From assembly GCA_951406725.2 (NCBI GenBank), contig OX597825.1, positions 60,946,001 through 61,010,000 of the forward strand: a stretch of 64,000 bases of DNA, in the 5' to 3' direction. The first letter of the stretch is position 1; each line of letters opens with the position of its first letter. This DNA is from Octopus vulgaris (taxonomy: Eukaryota). This document shows positions 24,764 through 38,179 of this stretch, piece by piece. The translations under genes were made by a program, and so were the position numbers. The notes beneath the pieces are model-generated. The model searched no databases. It was not told the origin of the DNA and worked only from the letters and a program-made list of their open reading frames with translations.

Positions 24764-25283
24764 GAATGAGAGAGCAGCGCATGACATCAAAGTGACACTG
24801 CGGTAAAATATACAGAGTCCAGTATACCCATCATGACAACCCGTCTGATAAGGGTATGCCAGGCACATGCATCACAACTATATGTACGTAACATGGTGAT
24901 CTTATATCAAAACAAACAGCGCATGACCTTGTAGGTGAGGCCCAGCAAGAATTTTCTTTAGGTAGAGTAGCCCATCCCGCTCAAACGGTCCCTGAATAAG
25001 AGTGTTTAAGGATGTTGAATGAAACACACACGTTTCCGAAGGTGAATTATTCAAACCCCAAAGAATTCCTCTCAACACTTTGTTATGATGCTTCCCTACT
25101 ACTTCTACTCGTGATCAGAGATGCATACATCGTTAGCCACTACGGGACATGCTCAACTGGTTACGGTCAAACAGCTGACAAGCAAATCTGTGGTATTGAG
25201 CTGAATATTTGCTGTAGCCCATCTTTTATACCAAGACAAAACAATGTACATGATAACACTTCCAATCAGTTAAGATAAGAAGC
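24764..25283 (-). mobile_element. Probable 3' UTR of a non-LTR retroelement ending in (AAT)n
   Basis: Higher-GC block sharply bounded by ATT repeats on both sides; no ORF; assignment is inference only. Confidence 0.4.
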
Positions 25284-25319
25284 AATTATTAGTATTACTT
25301 TGTTATATATTACTACCTG

Positions 25320-26516
25320 GGCGTTGTGGCTTTCCTCAGTTTAGGTCTGACCAAATTGGAGCACATAGTCTTCTGCTTTCTGTGGAAGGGACGCATTTCA
25401 CTGGTCAGACGCTCCATTTACTGTCAACGTCTACTAGATGGAGGACTGGGCATGCTGTGGCTGATGATGCACAGACATATGCTGAGGCTACACTATTTTC
25501 AGCGCTTCCTTAACAATAAGCATGTGTGGTTGTCCTCCACAGCTCATCTATTTGATTGAGTTGCAGTTTTGATCAAGCGTAAACTGAGGCAGGTCCCCTG
25601 GCGCCAACAGCACTGGTCAAGTTCTCATAATCCTCTGTTAGTCGGGCAATGCAGTCGATGGAAGTTCCACTCTAACGTTCTATAAAGTGTTAGTGACAAG
25701 CAAGTGTGACGGCGTTCCACTGGAGCCTCTGAGTGTCGATGAGAATCAACTGGTTGGTCTGTTTCGGAGGGCTTTCCACAAGGCGCCCATGAATAATTTT
25801 CAAAAGTCCCTGGCTTGAAGAGGAAAATGCCATTTCGGGATAAACTCTACAGGCATGGAAATGCCGTCAGCTAGGCCTACCTGAAAAGCGAGTAGACCGA
25901 CGAAACTGTTATGAAAGTTCTTGTCCAGTGCCTGAGTATTGCTGACTTGTGACTTTATGTGAACAACTGCTGTCACTTGGAGGGGGACTCAGCTATTGAC
26001 TACAATTTGTGAAAATCGTCCCGCCACCTTCCTTTGACCCTTAAGGGTAGTCAGTGTTTCTTTGCCTGGTGGTCTTAGCGAAAGATGCTGTGTAGTGGAC
26101 GAGATTGAAATGGCTGAAGGCAAATACTTTCCTCTTTTGTCAAGCTCTCAACAACTTTTGAAGTTTCACTTGAAATAGAGAGTGAGGGTAGAGAGGGAAG
26201 TACTGCCTTCTAGTAATCTTGTTAAAAGGTGGATGCGTGTTGCAAGAATGGTCCAAGTGATTGGGCCTACCCAAAGGACGATGTGGAGAGGGCACTTGCC
26301 GTAGTGATCAGGGTGTCTGTGATTTCGGGGGTGGGGTGGCTCTAACAGTATCCCTACAAAGTTTCCCTATTTTGGGTAATTAAAAAATTTTTATTTTGTT
26401 AAAATTTATTTTGTTACTGTTTTTACTGTTTACACGCTTTCTTTTATGTAGCCCCACATTGTATTGACCTGCTCTCTCCCCCGTTTTTGTGAACCCTTAA
26501 GGGTGAATAAAGAAAA
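25320..26516 (+). mobile_element. Tx1/L1-clade LINE 3' fragment (decayed ORF2 C-terminus)
   Basis: LEHIVFCFLWKG...VRRSIYCQ...GGLGM, ETVMKVLVQC (zinc-finger remnant), FHLK*RVRVER...KRW; ends aataaagaaa. Confidence 0.8.
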
Positions 26517-26519
26517 CAC

Positions 26520-28000
26520 TATTATTATTCAATGTGTCCACCAATGTGTCCAACAGGTCACAACCTGTTTCCTTAGATATCGAAGACTTTTCTTAGAATC
26601 CTTGTTGTTCCCAATAGAGCAGATTTCTGAATCAGTGTTACTCTTATAGTTACAACAAACCCAATAAGGGAACTGTTAAATCTGTTGTTGGCGATATCTT
26701 TAACAACTGGGATTACTTTTGTAGAAGTCCTCCGCAGTCGTCACATTTCCCAAACCAAATACTGGTATTTTCCAATTTTTTTCTGTTCTTTGTCTGCTTC
26801 ATTCATGTCCACAGATATAACCACATCTATGATGTTCCACTCTTTCTTCTCCTCATCAAGAACCATAATATCTAGTCACATTGCATGAAGGTCATGATTA
26901 GTCTGTACATTAAAATCCCATAAAATTTTGTATTGGTCGTTCTGTATTACACTTTCTGGTTTGATGTTCCTGCCGTTTTCCTCTTACTTCAAATCCTCTT
27001 TGTCGTAATATGTCCCAGTGTATTGCCTTAGCAATACACTTCTATCTGCATCTATGTTCTTTCGATGCCAAATGATTACAGAAACTTGTGTGCATTACGG
27101 ATTCCTCTTTTCTATTACATACTCTGAACTTTGCACTTGTTGCTGATTTCTCAATTTTGACCTTAATGATATTCATCCACAACGACTGGCTTTTATCAGT
27201 CATTATGAGTCCGTATGTTTCTTAAGGTTTCTATCATTCAGCCAAAACCAAGACTCCTCTGCTGCCTTTGTTCCAGATGTGTCTTTCTCGCTCCTGCTTT
27301 CTTCTTTTCTTGTATTCTTATTTCTTTATTGACCACAAGGGGCTAAACATAGGGAGGATAAACAAGGACAGACAAAGGAATTAAGTCGATTACATCGACC
27401 CTAGTGCGTAACTGGTACTTAATTTATCGACCCCGAAAGGATGAAAGGCAAAGTCGACCTCGGCGGAATTTGAACTCAGAACATAACGGCAGACGAGCTC
27501 GCCGCATTGTATTCTGTTGCTGTCTCCGCAGTTTCTTTCTCCTCTCTTCTAGCAGCTGAAATCAAACTTTCAGGGCTGCTTCTCCCATACCCTTGTATGT
27601 CTCATTTTGCCATCTCTACACAGTCTCATACTGATATCAGACCTCTCACCACTCCGTCCACGGTATGTATAATCGATCAGCATTCTCTCTGGAATGCAAC
27701 AACCTGTACATGCACATTCTCTTTCTGGTCTTAAAATTTATATCTCTTTGTTCTTCCTTAGTCTAGTTCAGAAAAGCAGCGGACTATCTTATTAGAGACA
27801 CCGCCCATGTGTCTGCTGCAGAGATGCTTTCCCCAGAAGATTCTATCTGTCTCCAATATACCTGGATACTTCAAGGATCACTCTCATTCATTGCTCGGAT
27901 CCTTCTCTTATTTAAGAGTTTAATTCCTTCAGACTTGGATATTTTCCTTCGCTTTTCTCACCACTGCTAAATTTGCAGCACAGTTTAACTTTTCTTGGGA
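26520..28000 (-). mobile_element. Dong/R4-clade LINE 3' fragment (RT end plus restriction-like endonuclease), decayed, with nested SINE
   Basis: Minus strand KYPGILETDRI, KTRKRMCMYRLLHSRENADRLYIP, IAKAIHWDI, PESVIQNDQYKILWDFNVQT...LDIMV...IIDV; (AAT)n tail at 26520. Confidence 0.82.
27319..27505 (-). mobile_element. SINE family S2 nested in the Dong/R4 relic
   Basis: Near-identical to 45292-45525 with an internal head deletion. Confidence 0.9.
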
Positions 28001-28128
28001 TCAATGTCAGAGGATAAAGGCAACCACGAGTAGCTGTGGTGAGAGTGTATCACCTTGGAATATTCCCCTACTTTTGTTGACTTCACCGAGCTTATTTTGG
28101 TCTCATAATAGTATAGTTCTCTATTTTG

Positions 28129-28129
<1 letters not shown>

Positions 28130-28183
<54 letters not shown>

Positions 28184-28202
28184 ATTATAATTATTATTTG
28201 TT

Positions 28203-28241
<39 letters not shown>

Positions 28242-28434
28242 GCTGTTGTTGTTGTTGGAATAAAAACCAAAAAGATTAAAAGGAGAAATTAGTGATTATG
28301 TTGATGCTGACACTGCTGATAATAAGTATGATAAAATATGAGACGATAATGTAGAAGAAGGAGGAGGAGAAGAAGAAGAAGAAGAAGAAGAAGAAGAAGA
28401 AGAAGAAGAAGAAGAAGAAGAAGAAGAAGAAGAA

Positions 28435-28469
<35 letters not shown>

Positions 28470-28585
28470 CGATGATGATGATGATGATGACGATTATGAT
28501 TGCAAAGATAATTATCATGAAAATGATAATTACGATGATAAGGTTGTTGAAAAATGATTATTTTATTGTTTCCTTATAGTTGCTG

Positions 28586-28644
<59 letters not shown>

Positions 28645-28695
28645 CAAAAACAATAACAACAATAATAATGATGATGATCTTCATCATCACCATCA
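28130..28695. repeat. Cluster of trinucleotide microsatellites (ATT, GTT, GAA, GAT, AAT)
   Basis: Direct inspection. Confidence 0.95.
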
Positions 28696-29502
28696 GATTA
28701 TTAGTGGTAAAATTTTGAAATTTGAAAGTATATCAATTATAAAATATGGACACTCATTGTAATTATAAAGTTTTATAGAATTTGAAACCATCGAAAAGTA
28801 AAAAACGAATACTGCTTGCTTGGCTTAGAGAACCGTTTCAATATTTTATTTCTTCGGGGTGTATTCACAAAACAATCTGTTTATTTGTTTTCACAAATTC
28901 GTCAATATTTAAATTTAATCTTTTCTTCATATCAACAGGGTTGATTTTTTTTTTTTTATTAATCACTTAGAAGATTGTTTCAGGGCTAATTTTCTTTTAA
29001 TTAAGTAAATTCTCTTAATAATTTCAATTTGAATATTAAAGTTATAGAAATTTCTCTTAAAGCATTTCTACGCACATCATCGGGTTTCTGCTAATATTTA
29101 CGATGTTTCATAGAAATTGCCCTTTGGTAAGATCAGTATCAAAATTCAATTAGAATGATATGTATAATTGCAATGGTTTTACACTTTGTCGTTCTTACTA
29201 TAGTAAATCGTGTTTGATTCCTGTGAGATTTTCATGTACAATTACTTCAAAAATTTATTCCAATCATACAAGATACAACAAATTTCAAGTTCTTATTTGT
29301 AAAGTCTAACTACGTGTTTTGCTTAATCAATATTTTTTCAAATTATTTATATTCTTGTTGTTTGTTATTGGAATTTAATTTTTCCTTTATATACTGCATA
29401 AAATTGCATTCGTTTTTAGAAAGTTTAAATCTATAAATATTTATTTACACTACTGGTCTTGCAACTTTGATAATTTTACAGATTTATATACATGCTTTAA
29501 AC

Positions 29503-30040
29503 CAGGTGTTTTCAACCGGGGTTCATATGGCCTCTGGGGTTCCATAAAAGATTTTGTTGAAATTTATCTGCAATATATTGTTATATACAATAGACAAAAA
29601 TATTTTAATTATTTTTGTACAATGTCCATAAGTAAAACAAATGGTGGGGAAAAACAACGATTCTTACATTGAGAGATAGTATTCTCTTAGAGCGTTCAAA
29701 TCCGAAAAGGAAACGGCAAATTTTAAGAGGGTGCTATGAGGGTACCGGATGGTTGTTAAGCACCCTCTTAAAATGAAAATGAAATATCTGAAATGAAATA
29801 TTCAAACTCAATACATATGTAACTTTAAAAATTATTTTCAAAAATATCTTTGTCGAAATAAGAATACCAATAGAACTTTGTGTTTCTAGTGAGCAGAGAC
29901 ATGACTGATAATGCACCTAGGTCCGGTATAATTCATTGTATAAGTCCGAACCTCCCTTAAAAATTGAACATAGGGGAACCAGTCCACGCGAATATCTAAA
30001 AGAAGATTCATACTGGATGTGGAATAGTATAAGAACATAT
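29503..30040 (+). mobile_element. Possible hAT-type MITE remnant
   Basis: Left end caggtgttttcaaccgggg resembles hAT/Charlie TIRs; right TIR not clearly recognisable; internal 16 bp inverted repeat 29720-29735/29759-29774. Confidence 0.4.
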
Positions 30041-30387
30041 GGACACTAAACCACAAAACTCATTTATATGTTATCTAAGTATTCTCCAATGTCTGAATTT
30101 TATGATTCGTATCTCAATTTCTTTATAAAAGGTTCCTACGCTTACATAAACTACAGGCTCTCCTGTAAGTTATCTTACCTGGAAATCATTAACAAAGACA
30201 TCCATGAACTCTAGTCAAAAGTCTCTTCTGCCGATTCCCTTGCCTTGGCTTGCTGTCTCTACTAATCAAAATACTCTTCCAGTCACTGGTGTTAGATTAT
30301 CCACTGTCTGTCCAGCCATTAGTGAACAGTCGTTCTCTTGTCCCGCATTTATCTAAAATCCTTTCTCTTTCTCCCTCTATCTCTCTT

Positions 30388-30429
<42 letters not shown>

Positions 30430-31344
30430 ATACTCTTAATACTTGGTCTTTAAAGTTTCAAAGCATTCTACTATTCGATTTTCTCTCCCCACTTTCTCTC
30501 TGTCTGTCAATCTCTCTTTTTCTCATTTTCCTCCTATCCGTAAGGTAGCAGAGAACTCCAGATGTTTGTCATCTCAAACAAACAACTTAATCCCTTTACT
30601 CACATCTCTGATCCATACAACCCTTACCTTTTCTCATCTTTCATTTCTTTCTTACTTCTTACAGCAGGAATTCTTGTCATATAACCTAAAGGAACTCAAG
30701 CAATTTATCCATCAATCCCCGAACTTGTAAGTAAGCTTGTAAGTAACACAGCCGTACCAGTTCCACGTGGCATTGACTTGTGCAATACTATTTCCCTATC
30801 TATTAGGAAGGACGGTTAGATTGTACTGCCACCACCTTTCCTAAACTTTACCTTTCTAGGACAGTTGGAGAGGTGAAAAACGAGGTCAACTTCAAAATGT
30901 CTCGGAATTTCACATGTGACTACTTGAAATCTTTCTTGAGTAATCAGATCGATGACGAACGCCGCTTGGTGAAATGTTTGATAAGAACGAGTGTGCATGT
31001 TAGAGAATTTTCCTGGGAGAGTTTAATGGTAGCTTCCCTATACCTTCTTTTAAATAATTAATTTATGGTTAGCCGACGATTAGCGCTACCAGCCGACGTA
31101 CGATGGCTAGAATAACATAAGAGAGATTATCTTTTTTATCTCGTTTCTATGACTAAAGAGGAGATAACCACTCTGAAATGCTTGCATCTCACAGTCTGGA
31201 TAGACGGCGCTGCTAGCTGATTTAGGTGTATTTACACCATTTGTCTACAGTGAGAAATTTTCTCCATGACAAAATTCAGTCGAAATGAGCCATTGGCGTT
31301 TTCGAATTAGTAATAACATTGCATTTATACACATCACTGCTTAG

Positions 31345-31680
31345 TGCTCCCACCTCGTAACTTCCTTTAAGTATGTTGTGGCACAAGCAGCCAGTGCCAT
31401 ATAGGATGAGATCTCGCGGCAGCCATTGCTATCTCTGAGACTTGAGCGACACCTCACCTGCATCCATTTGCCATGCGCGAGATCACAATGAGGTTCGCGA
31501 TGGAGAAAACTATATAAACGGGAAACCGATTCAGACCAGCCTCTTCTCTTCTTGAGCACCTCAACATAGCAGCACTGGTTGAACAACGCCACTAGCTGTG
31601 GTTTTCTGCCTGTCTATCTCCAGAGGCAATGCGCCCACACTATCGGAGCTTAAGATGGTAGCTGGGAGCAGCACACTTCA
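31345..31680 (+). mobile_element. Highly decayed RTE-like LINE fragment
   Basis: LVTSFKY...DEISR and LNIAALVEQRH*LWF resemble post-RT motifs of RTE elements. Confidence 0.35.
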
Positions 31681-31954
31681 CCTTTCCTGTAAAAAAAACA
31701 GTTGTATATAGCAGTTGTACTTGAAGTCTTTCCTCTTCGCCTGCCGAAAGCCTGAACTACATAAAAAACAAGAAGAATGATGGAAGGAGATGATATTCCT
31801 CCTATATCATAAACCTTGCCTTCCATTATTAAAAGTATGTTATAACAATCGCTAGTGGCCTTTAGCCAATTTTGAGGGACTGTGAGACAGAAGGATATAG
31901 AGAAAGAATGAGAGAGAGCTAGAAGGAGAGAAAGGGAGAACGATATAGAGGAAG

Positions 31955-32004
<50 letters not shown>

Positions 32005-33427
32005 ACTGACTGATTCTATTTTTTGCCTTTTGCCTGCTGTTTCATTTATCGACTACAAAAGACTCAGAAGGAAAAGTTTAACGTCGGCAAAATTCGTACC
32101 CTGAGAGCTGGAACAACTAACAGAAAAGTCTATCTAACGCTTTTGTAACTCTGCCGATTCGCTTGTTTCTGAAACAGTAAACACTTTGCCGTAAAATATT
32201 GATTTCTCTCTTCATTTCAATATCCACGCATTCATAAAAAAAAATTCTTCATTTGATATCTATATTTGTTTCATCTACCTTATATCTGTCATGACCCTTC
32301 AAATGTCATTATCTTCTTTGTACTTTTACTTTAAAAACACTTCCGAGTAATAATCCTTTTATACCTTACCAGTCCTCCTAATTGTAGTTAAGGGAAAATG
32401 TTATTACAGTTTATTTATTTTTGTTTTGCTTTAGAAATACAACAACGCCAAAAGAGAGTTATTGTTTATAATATCATAGAATTTCGTTGACAGACAACAA
32501 AATATATTTTACTTCATCGAAGTCAACAATTTATTTTCGACAAAATCAGATGTGAAAGCGAAAAGACAAAAGTCATTTCATGTAACGGTTTTGGACGACA
32601 ACCGGTCATATTTCCTTGTTTAAAATCTCTCCAGAAATGATCAGCCGTATTTAGGCATTACACTTAATTCATCTTGCTGTCGGGGATATACATTACTTCA
32701 TATGAAGATACTGCTTGAAACAGTGTAGTGGGATGACAGAACCAACAAAATAAACAAAACGGTATAAGGAATTTAGCTGTATCTTTTAGTTCTAATTTCG
32801 AGTACTGCAAAGATTACCTTTTCTTTTCAGCTTTCGGGGACAAACACTGGGGTTGAGGTGGGGGTATGGCCATATAAGCCACTATATTGCTTTCATAAAT
32901 GTGATGTCTTGTACCTTTGATACAAATCTTTCTGAAATAGATCTGTCAAACCCTGAATATAAATTATATTGTTTCCCTTGTGGGATTACAAGACTGAGAC
33001 TGTGTGTTCGTTCCTTGGGCCGAACGGCGCATTGGGTTCTCCCTCTTTTATCCCTCCTAATAAAAAAAGTCAGTGCTCACGAGCTATTTAAGGACCTCTA
33101 TGACTAGTGGAAGGGAAGAGAGAAGGTATTCACTTGCTGTAGATCCTATCCTGAATGTCTACAACAGAGTGAACTCTGATAAACGTACCCAAGTTGCTAG
33201 GTGACTGTCAAATTGGGCAACCAATTAAGTCTACTAAGTATGCAATGTTGAAATTTGAACTCAGAATACAAATATGACTTTCTATCGTTCCCGAGACTCT
33301 AACAATTCCATCAACCCACCGCCCTGGTTTTTTTAAATTATTTTTTTTTATTGATTCTGAAAAGATGAAAGACAAAGGTGACCTTGGAAGGATTTGAACT
33401 CAGAGTGCAGAAAATCCGAGAAGATAC

Positions 33428-33828
33428 CGTCGTTATCCACTTTTGTTTCTGGTCGACCGCGTTGCTCATTTGCGAGGTCAAAGTTACCAGAATGAAATTT
33501 TGCAAACCAATTTGATACTGCCTGCTGTGTAATAACATTAGAATGAAATACTCCATTAATTTTTACTAACTGTCTGAGATGCTGTATTTCCAAGAAAGAA
33601 CTCATATTTCAAAACTGCACGAATTTTCAACTTATCCATCTCTAAACAAAAATAGCAAAAAACGATTTATAAATACTTTATAAAGAGCAAAATGAGTTGG
33701 ATAAAGAAATAGATGTGCCAGCTTTCTAACAAAAAATAAAGATTATCAAAATATAGTAATGGTGCAAAATGAGTAGCTCTCAATGTTTACCATATACCTT
33801 ACTGTAAATTTCATACTCAACAACCTAA
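33428..33828 (-). mobile_element. Mariner 5' fragment
   Basis: TA|TTAGGTTG terminus; ATG at 33639: MDKLKIRAVLKYEFFLGNTASQTV / VSNWFAKFHSGNFDLANEQRGRPETKVDND; related to the 19657-21011 element. Confidence 0.88.
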
Positions 33829-34585
33829 TATTTATGTTACAACTTATTCCAAAAATCCCCAACTGTGGAACAAGCAGATAACGACTTCAACAGATCACAA
33901 CACCTAAACCAAAGTATGAAGGGGGCTACGCATGATAGACATTCTCCCTAAAGTGCCACTCAAAACTATAACCAGGTTAGCGGCAGTCCGTTGCAGTTTC
34001 ATAACTGAATACTGCGTGTCTCGTTCTATATGTGCCGCAGAAGAGGGTCGCGAAACCAATTGTGTGAGTCACCTCTTGGCAAGTTGAAATCCACCTTAAA
34101 CAAATCCACGGCACTGCTACTTTCTTCTACTGTTTGTTTGTATTGTGACGAAGCCTGGAGGCAATCTACATTTGCACAAATTTAATTGCAATATTACTTA
34201 CGGTGACCTGCGATGTAAGTTCAATTTCACCGGCATTGTCTTTGTGTTATGTATATTTCTAGAATATTTTGAACCAAATCGTCTTAAATCATTATCATAA
34301 TGATGGCGTCTAGATTGCTGTACATTATCATAACAAGTGAAGCAATGGCTAAAATACCTTACACCGTTTTAGTTTTGTAGCTCTACTTTCTCAGTTTAAT
34401 TATTTCCGTTATTAAATTTACTCTTCATTCTTCACACTAATGGTAGTAGAGATATGGATGTTGATGCTTGTGCTGGCGGTCATTTGTGATATTGTTTGTG
34501 TGTGTGTGTGTGTGTGTGTGCATATGTAGATATACGTATGTGTGTGTGGGTGTGTGTATATATATATATATATACATATAGATAT

Positions 34586-34617
<32 letters not shown>

Positions 34618-35909
34618 ATGAATAGATAGATTTACAGATAAATAGATAGACAAATAGATTGATAGATAAATAGATAGATAGATGAAAATATTTCTTATTA
34701 TTATGGACACAGTAATGATACCAACAATGTCCGAGTAGGCTTCAGATGTAATTAGGACACTGGTTAGGATTAGATGTAGAAGGGGGTGAAGAAGATCAAG
34801 AAGAGATGTCGCAAGGAAGCGGTGGGTGGGTGAGAGGACAGAATCGAAGAAGAGCGAAATGCGTGTGTCGGTATTGAAAAGTTTCTCAAAGTTTGTTGAA
34901 AATCTAGTTGAAATTCATACCAGTATAACTAAAACTAAATGTCTCCGACATCTTGTCTTCTTCCGCAATACAACAGGCATGTTACATCTCTTAACAACAG
35001 CTTAACGTGCATCAAGAAATGATTGGGAAACTATTCCATCATTTGGCGTCTCCAAAGATATCAAATGATGGTTTTATCTCATGATTATGCCATTATTCAT
35101 AGCCTTGTTTTGAGTCTATCTGTCACACAGATGACATGGAACGCTGTTAGTTCAGCTTCTACTAAATGGTTAAACTATACCTACTGTAGATTTTTAGTAA
35201 GATAACTACCTTTTATGAACGACAAAATGTTTCTCTCTCTCTTTCTCTCTCGCTCTCACTTTGTCTCTTTATACTCACACACATATACTTACAGAACAAA
35301 ATAATATTGATAATAATTGATGTATGAATAACTAAACAAAATACAAGAGAAAGGATGAAAGCATATTGGCTTGATGTGAATTTCATATCAATATATCAAT
35401 ATATTTAATACTTGAATAAATCATTTTATATAAGCTGTCAAAAATCTTTTAAACGTTGATCTGTTTAACATTTCACTGTTTTCTCCTTTGTATTATTTTC
35501 TTCTCCTTCCTTTCAGATCATCTCCTACTACACACACTTATAATCACTCCCATAAGCACACAGAAGTATCTCTCTCTTCCTTTTTCTCTCTTTCTCTATC
35601 CCTCTCTTATACACACACACAGGCGACATATATACAAATATACACGAGCGAACATAACGTACACTTATGCACAAAATTGATTCATTTTACTGCACTGATA
35701 TCGAATATGTTTTGACGTAAGTATTTTGTAAAAGTTTTTGCAAAGGAATTGAATGTTGGGTCGTGTTGTCATTTGATCCTTTGTTAAAGAAAACATTCAA
35801 CATCAAATGTAAATGTAACACCAATCCTCTCTGAAGGTTAGGGCATTTGAATTTCAAGTAGTGAACCAGTACGGTATGAGGGTACTGCTTACTTTTAGCA
35901 TACCTTGAA

Positions 35910-36455
35910 TTTGGCTGAATTGTTAGCACGCCGGGCAAAACTTTCTGAGTTCAAATTCCGCCGAGGTCGACTTTGGCTTTAATCATTCTGCAGTCGTACG
36001 CTGGGCAAAATGTTGAAGGGCATTTCGTTCGCTTTTACGCTCTGAATTCAAATTCCGCCGCGGTCGACTTTGCCTTTCATCCTTTCCGGGTGGATAAAAT
36101 AAGTCGCAGTTGAGTACTGGGTTCGATGTAAACGACTTAGCCGCTACCCCAGACCTGCTGGCCTTGTGTCAAAATTTGAAATCAAGACATCTATACTTTA
36201 AGGTGACGAACTGGTAGAATCATTAGCAAACTGTCAAAATGCTTAGCATCATTTCGTTCTTCTTTATGTTTCCACTGTGATCGACTTTGCTGTTCATCCT
36301 TTCATGGTCGACAAAATAAGTATTGTCTCGAATTATCCTATCACCCGAATTTTCTGGCCTCGTGCCAAAATTTGAAACCATTATATCAATGCTTTTGGCA
36401 TTCTGTTATTTCGCTTTATATTTGGGCTTCAAATCAACTTTACCGTTCATCATTC
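35910..36455 (+). mobile_element. Head-to-tail cluster of about four SINE S2 copies of differing decay
   Basis: Repeated ttagcacg, tcaaattccgccg and gtcgactttgcctttcatcc cores; two ggccttgtg...aaaatttgaaa tails. Confidence 0.8.
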
Positions 36456-36489
36456 ATAATAATTCTAATAAAGGCGACGATGGTGTTGG

Positions 36490-37510
36490 AGTTGGCCGCT
36501 AGTTAGTGAGATTTTTAGTAATATATATCACTGGGTCATTAGAAACAATGTGAGTAAAAATGAAAGTTCCAGACAGGGAAATTCGCAGTTTATAAGGAAT
36601 GAAATAGAAGAATAGAGAGTAAATGTAGATAGAATACAAACAAGAGGATAAAGTTAATAAGAGATTGGTCCGTACTTCCGTGAAGGTATAGGCCCTTAAG
36701 TATAATCCCATGTAAATCCAGGCAGTATTTTGAATGATGCGTTCATGTTGAAGTAATGGATTAAGTGTAAATGGTCCACCTGGGTATATAAAATGAGAAA
36801 GACAGACATTAAGATAGACAGATGTGGGTTGTGGGTGAGTGGATAGAAGCGAAAAGAAAAAGAAAGAAAAGAGGGAGAAAAAGAGAACAAAAGAGAGAAA
36901 AGACAGGAATGCGGTAGGTGCAGGAAAGGATGAATGAGAGCGAAAGAAAGTAAAATAAAATAGAAATTAAGCGTCTATGGTTATATCGAAGAAACTGGTA
37001 CTTTTATTATTGAGGGTGGCTTGGCACCAAAGCTTATCATTGAAGGAGATGAGTGTATTTCTGGCAGTTAGAATTACGTCTATTTCTAAAGGGGTTAGGT
37101 TAGTTAACTTTTCAGCTAGAATGAGAGCTTTGTTAAGGAGGATAAGGGTTATAGATGCGTAGTTATTGTTGATATCAATTTGCAGGATTGAGGAAGTGTT
37201 TTTGTTTTCGAGGAGGTGAAATTAGGTCATAACTTCACCTGTGCAGGATCATAAATTGACGCCTAATTTTTTTCTAACTATAGGTATTTTATTGTCTAGT
37301 AAAATCTTACTGATTCATCAGAAATTCGATAGGGTTTGGCTATGAAATTTGTTTTGTGGTCTTTAAGGTTGAAATGCGGGGCACTTGGGTTGTAAGGATC
37401 CATGCGATCGTCTACTCCAAGATTTTTTTACTAGTTTTCACTGGTTGGTGTTAATGGTATCCAGGGCGGATGTTGGGGATATCTTGTAGAACTTGATAAT
37501 TCCTTCTTAA
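36490..37510 (-). mobile_element. Penelope-like element (Neptune-type) reverse transcriptase remnant
   Basis: Minus strand LKDHKTNF, ISKILLD, IDINNNYASITLILLNKAL...VILTARNTLISFNDKLW...FDIT, and HIVSNDPV..ITKNL (decayed SNHPP motif). Confidence 0.75.
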
Positions 37511-38179
37511 TAAAGCCAATGTATTTCTCAATAGTAAATGAATATATATTTGTATATATGTACACTCACACACAAATATGTGTGTGTGCCTTTTGCGATG
37601 ATTTGATAAGCAGTGCCGAGTTTTACAATTCTGTAAATAATATTTATAAACGATCAACGTTTAAAGAAATGTGTGCGTGTGTGTGTGAGAGCTAGCTAGC
37701 TAGATAGATAGATAGAGACAGGGAGAGAGAGAGAGAGAGAGAATTTGATTTAACTTAGTTCTAAAATCTTGTTATTAGCTCTATGATATGCTACTAATCG
37801 TAATAAGAAGAATTCCTCTACAAAACAATAGTGATATCAGTTCCATTTCTACTTAAAAGTGTGATATATTAGGTTGTTTTTTTTTTACCTTCAAACTCTT
37901 GCTTTCATTTTTGTGTTCGCTTATTTTTTGTTCCTTTCTTTTTTATCGAGGCACAGATTTTAGGAAACTGTCGATATCTCCATGAAATGACAATCTCTTT
38001 GGTGTACGTACTCACGGAATATTCCTTGTTCAACAAAACATTAATATCTTTTGTTCAAAGAAAACTGTTTTAAGTGAGCCAAATGGAATCTTGACTAAGT
38101 GTTAATTGTGTAACTAAATGGACCACTGATGATAGCAATTAATGCCTCGCAACACCAATTTTTTTTTCTGAATCTGATC

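Noticed and set aside
24238-24868. Poly-I, poly-L and poly-N ORFs
   Set aside because: Translations of an (ATT)n microsatellite. The same applies to the YI/HT/CV-rich ORFs throughout and to the poly-H/poly-M ORFs at 59731-60105.
31459-31686. Minus-strand exon with a good acceptor and a GTGAGG donor
   Set aside because: Stops in all three frames; the plus strand looks like a decayed RTE fragment.
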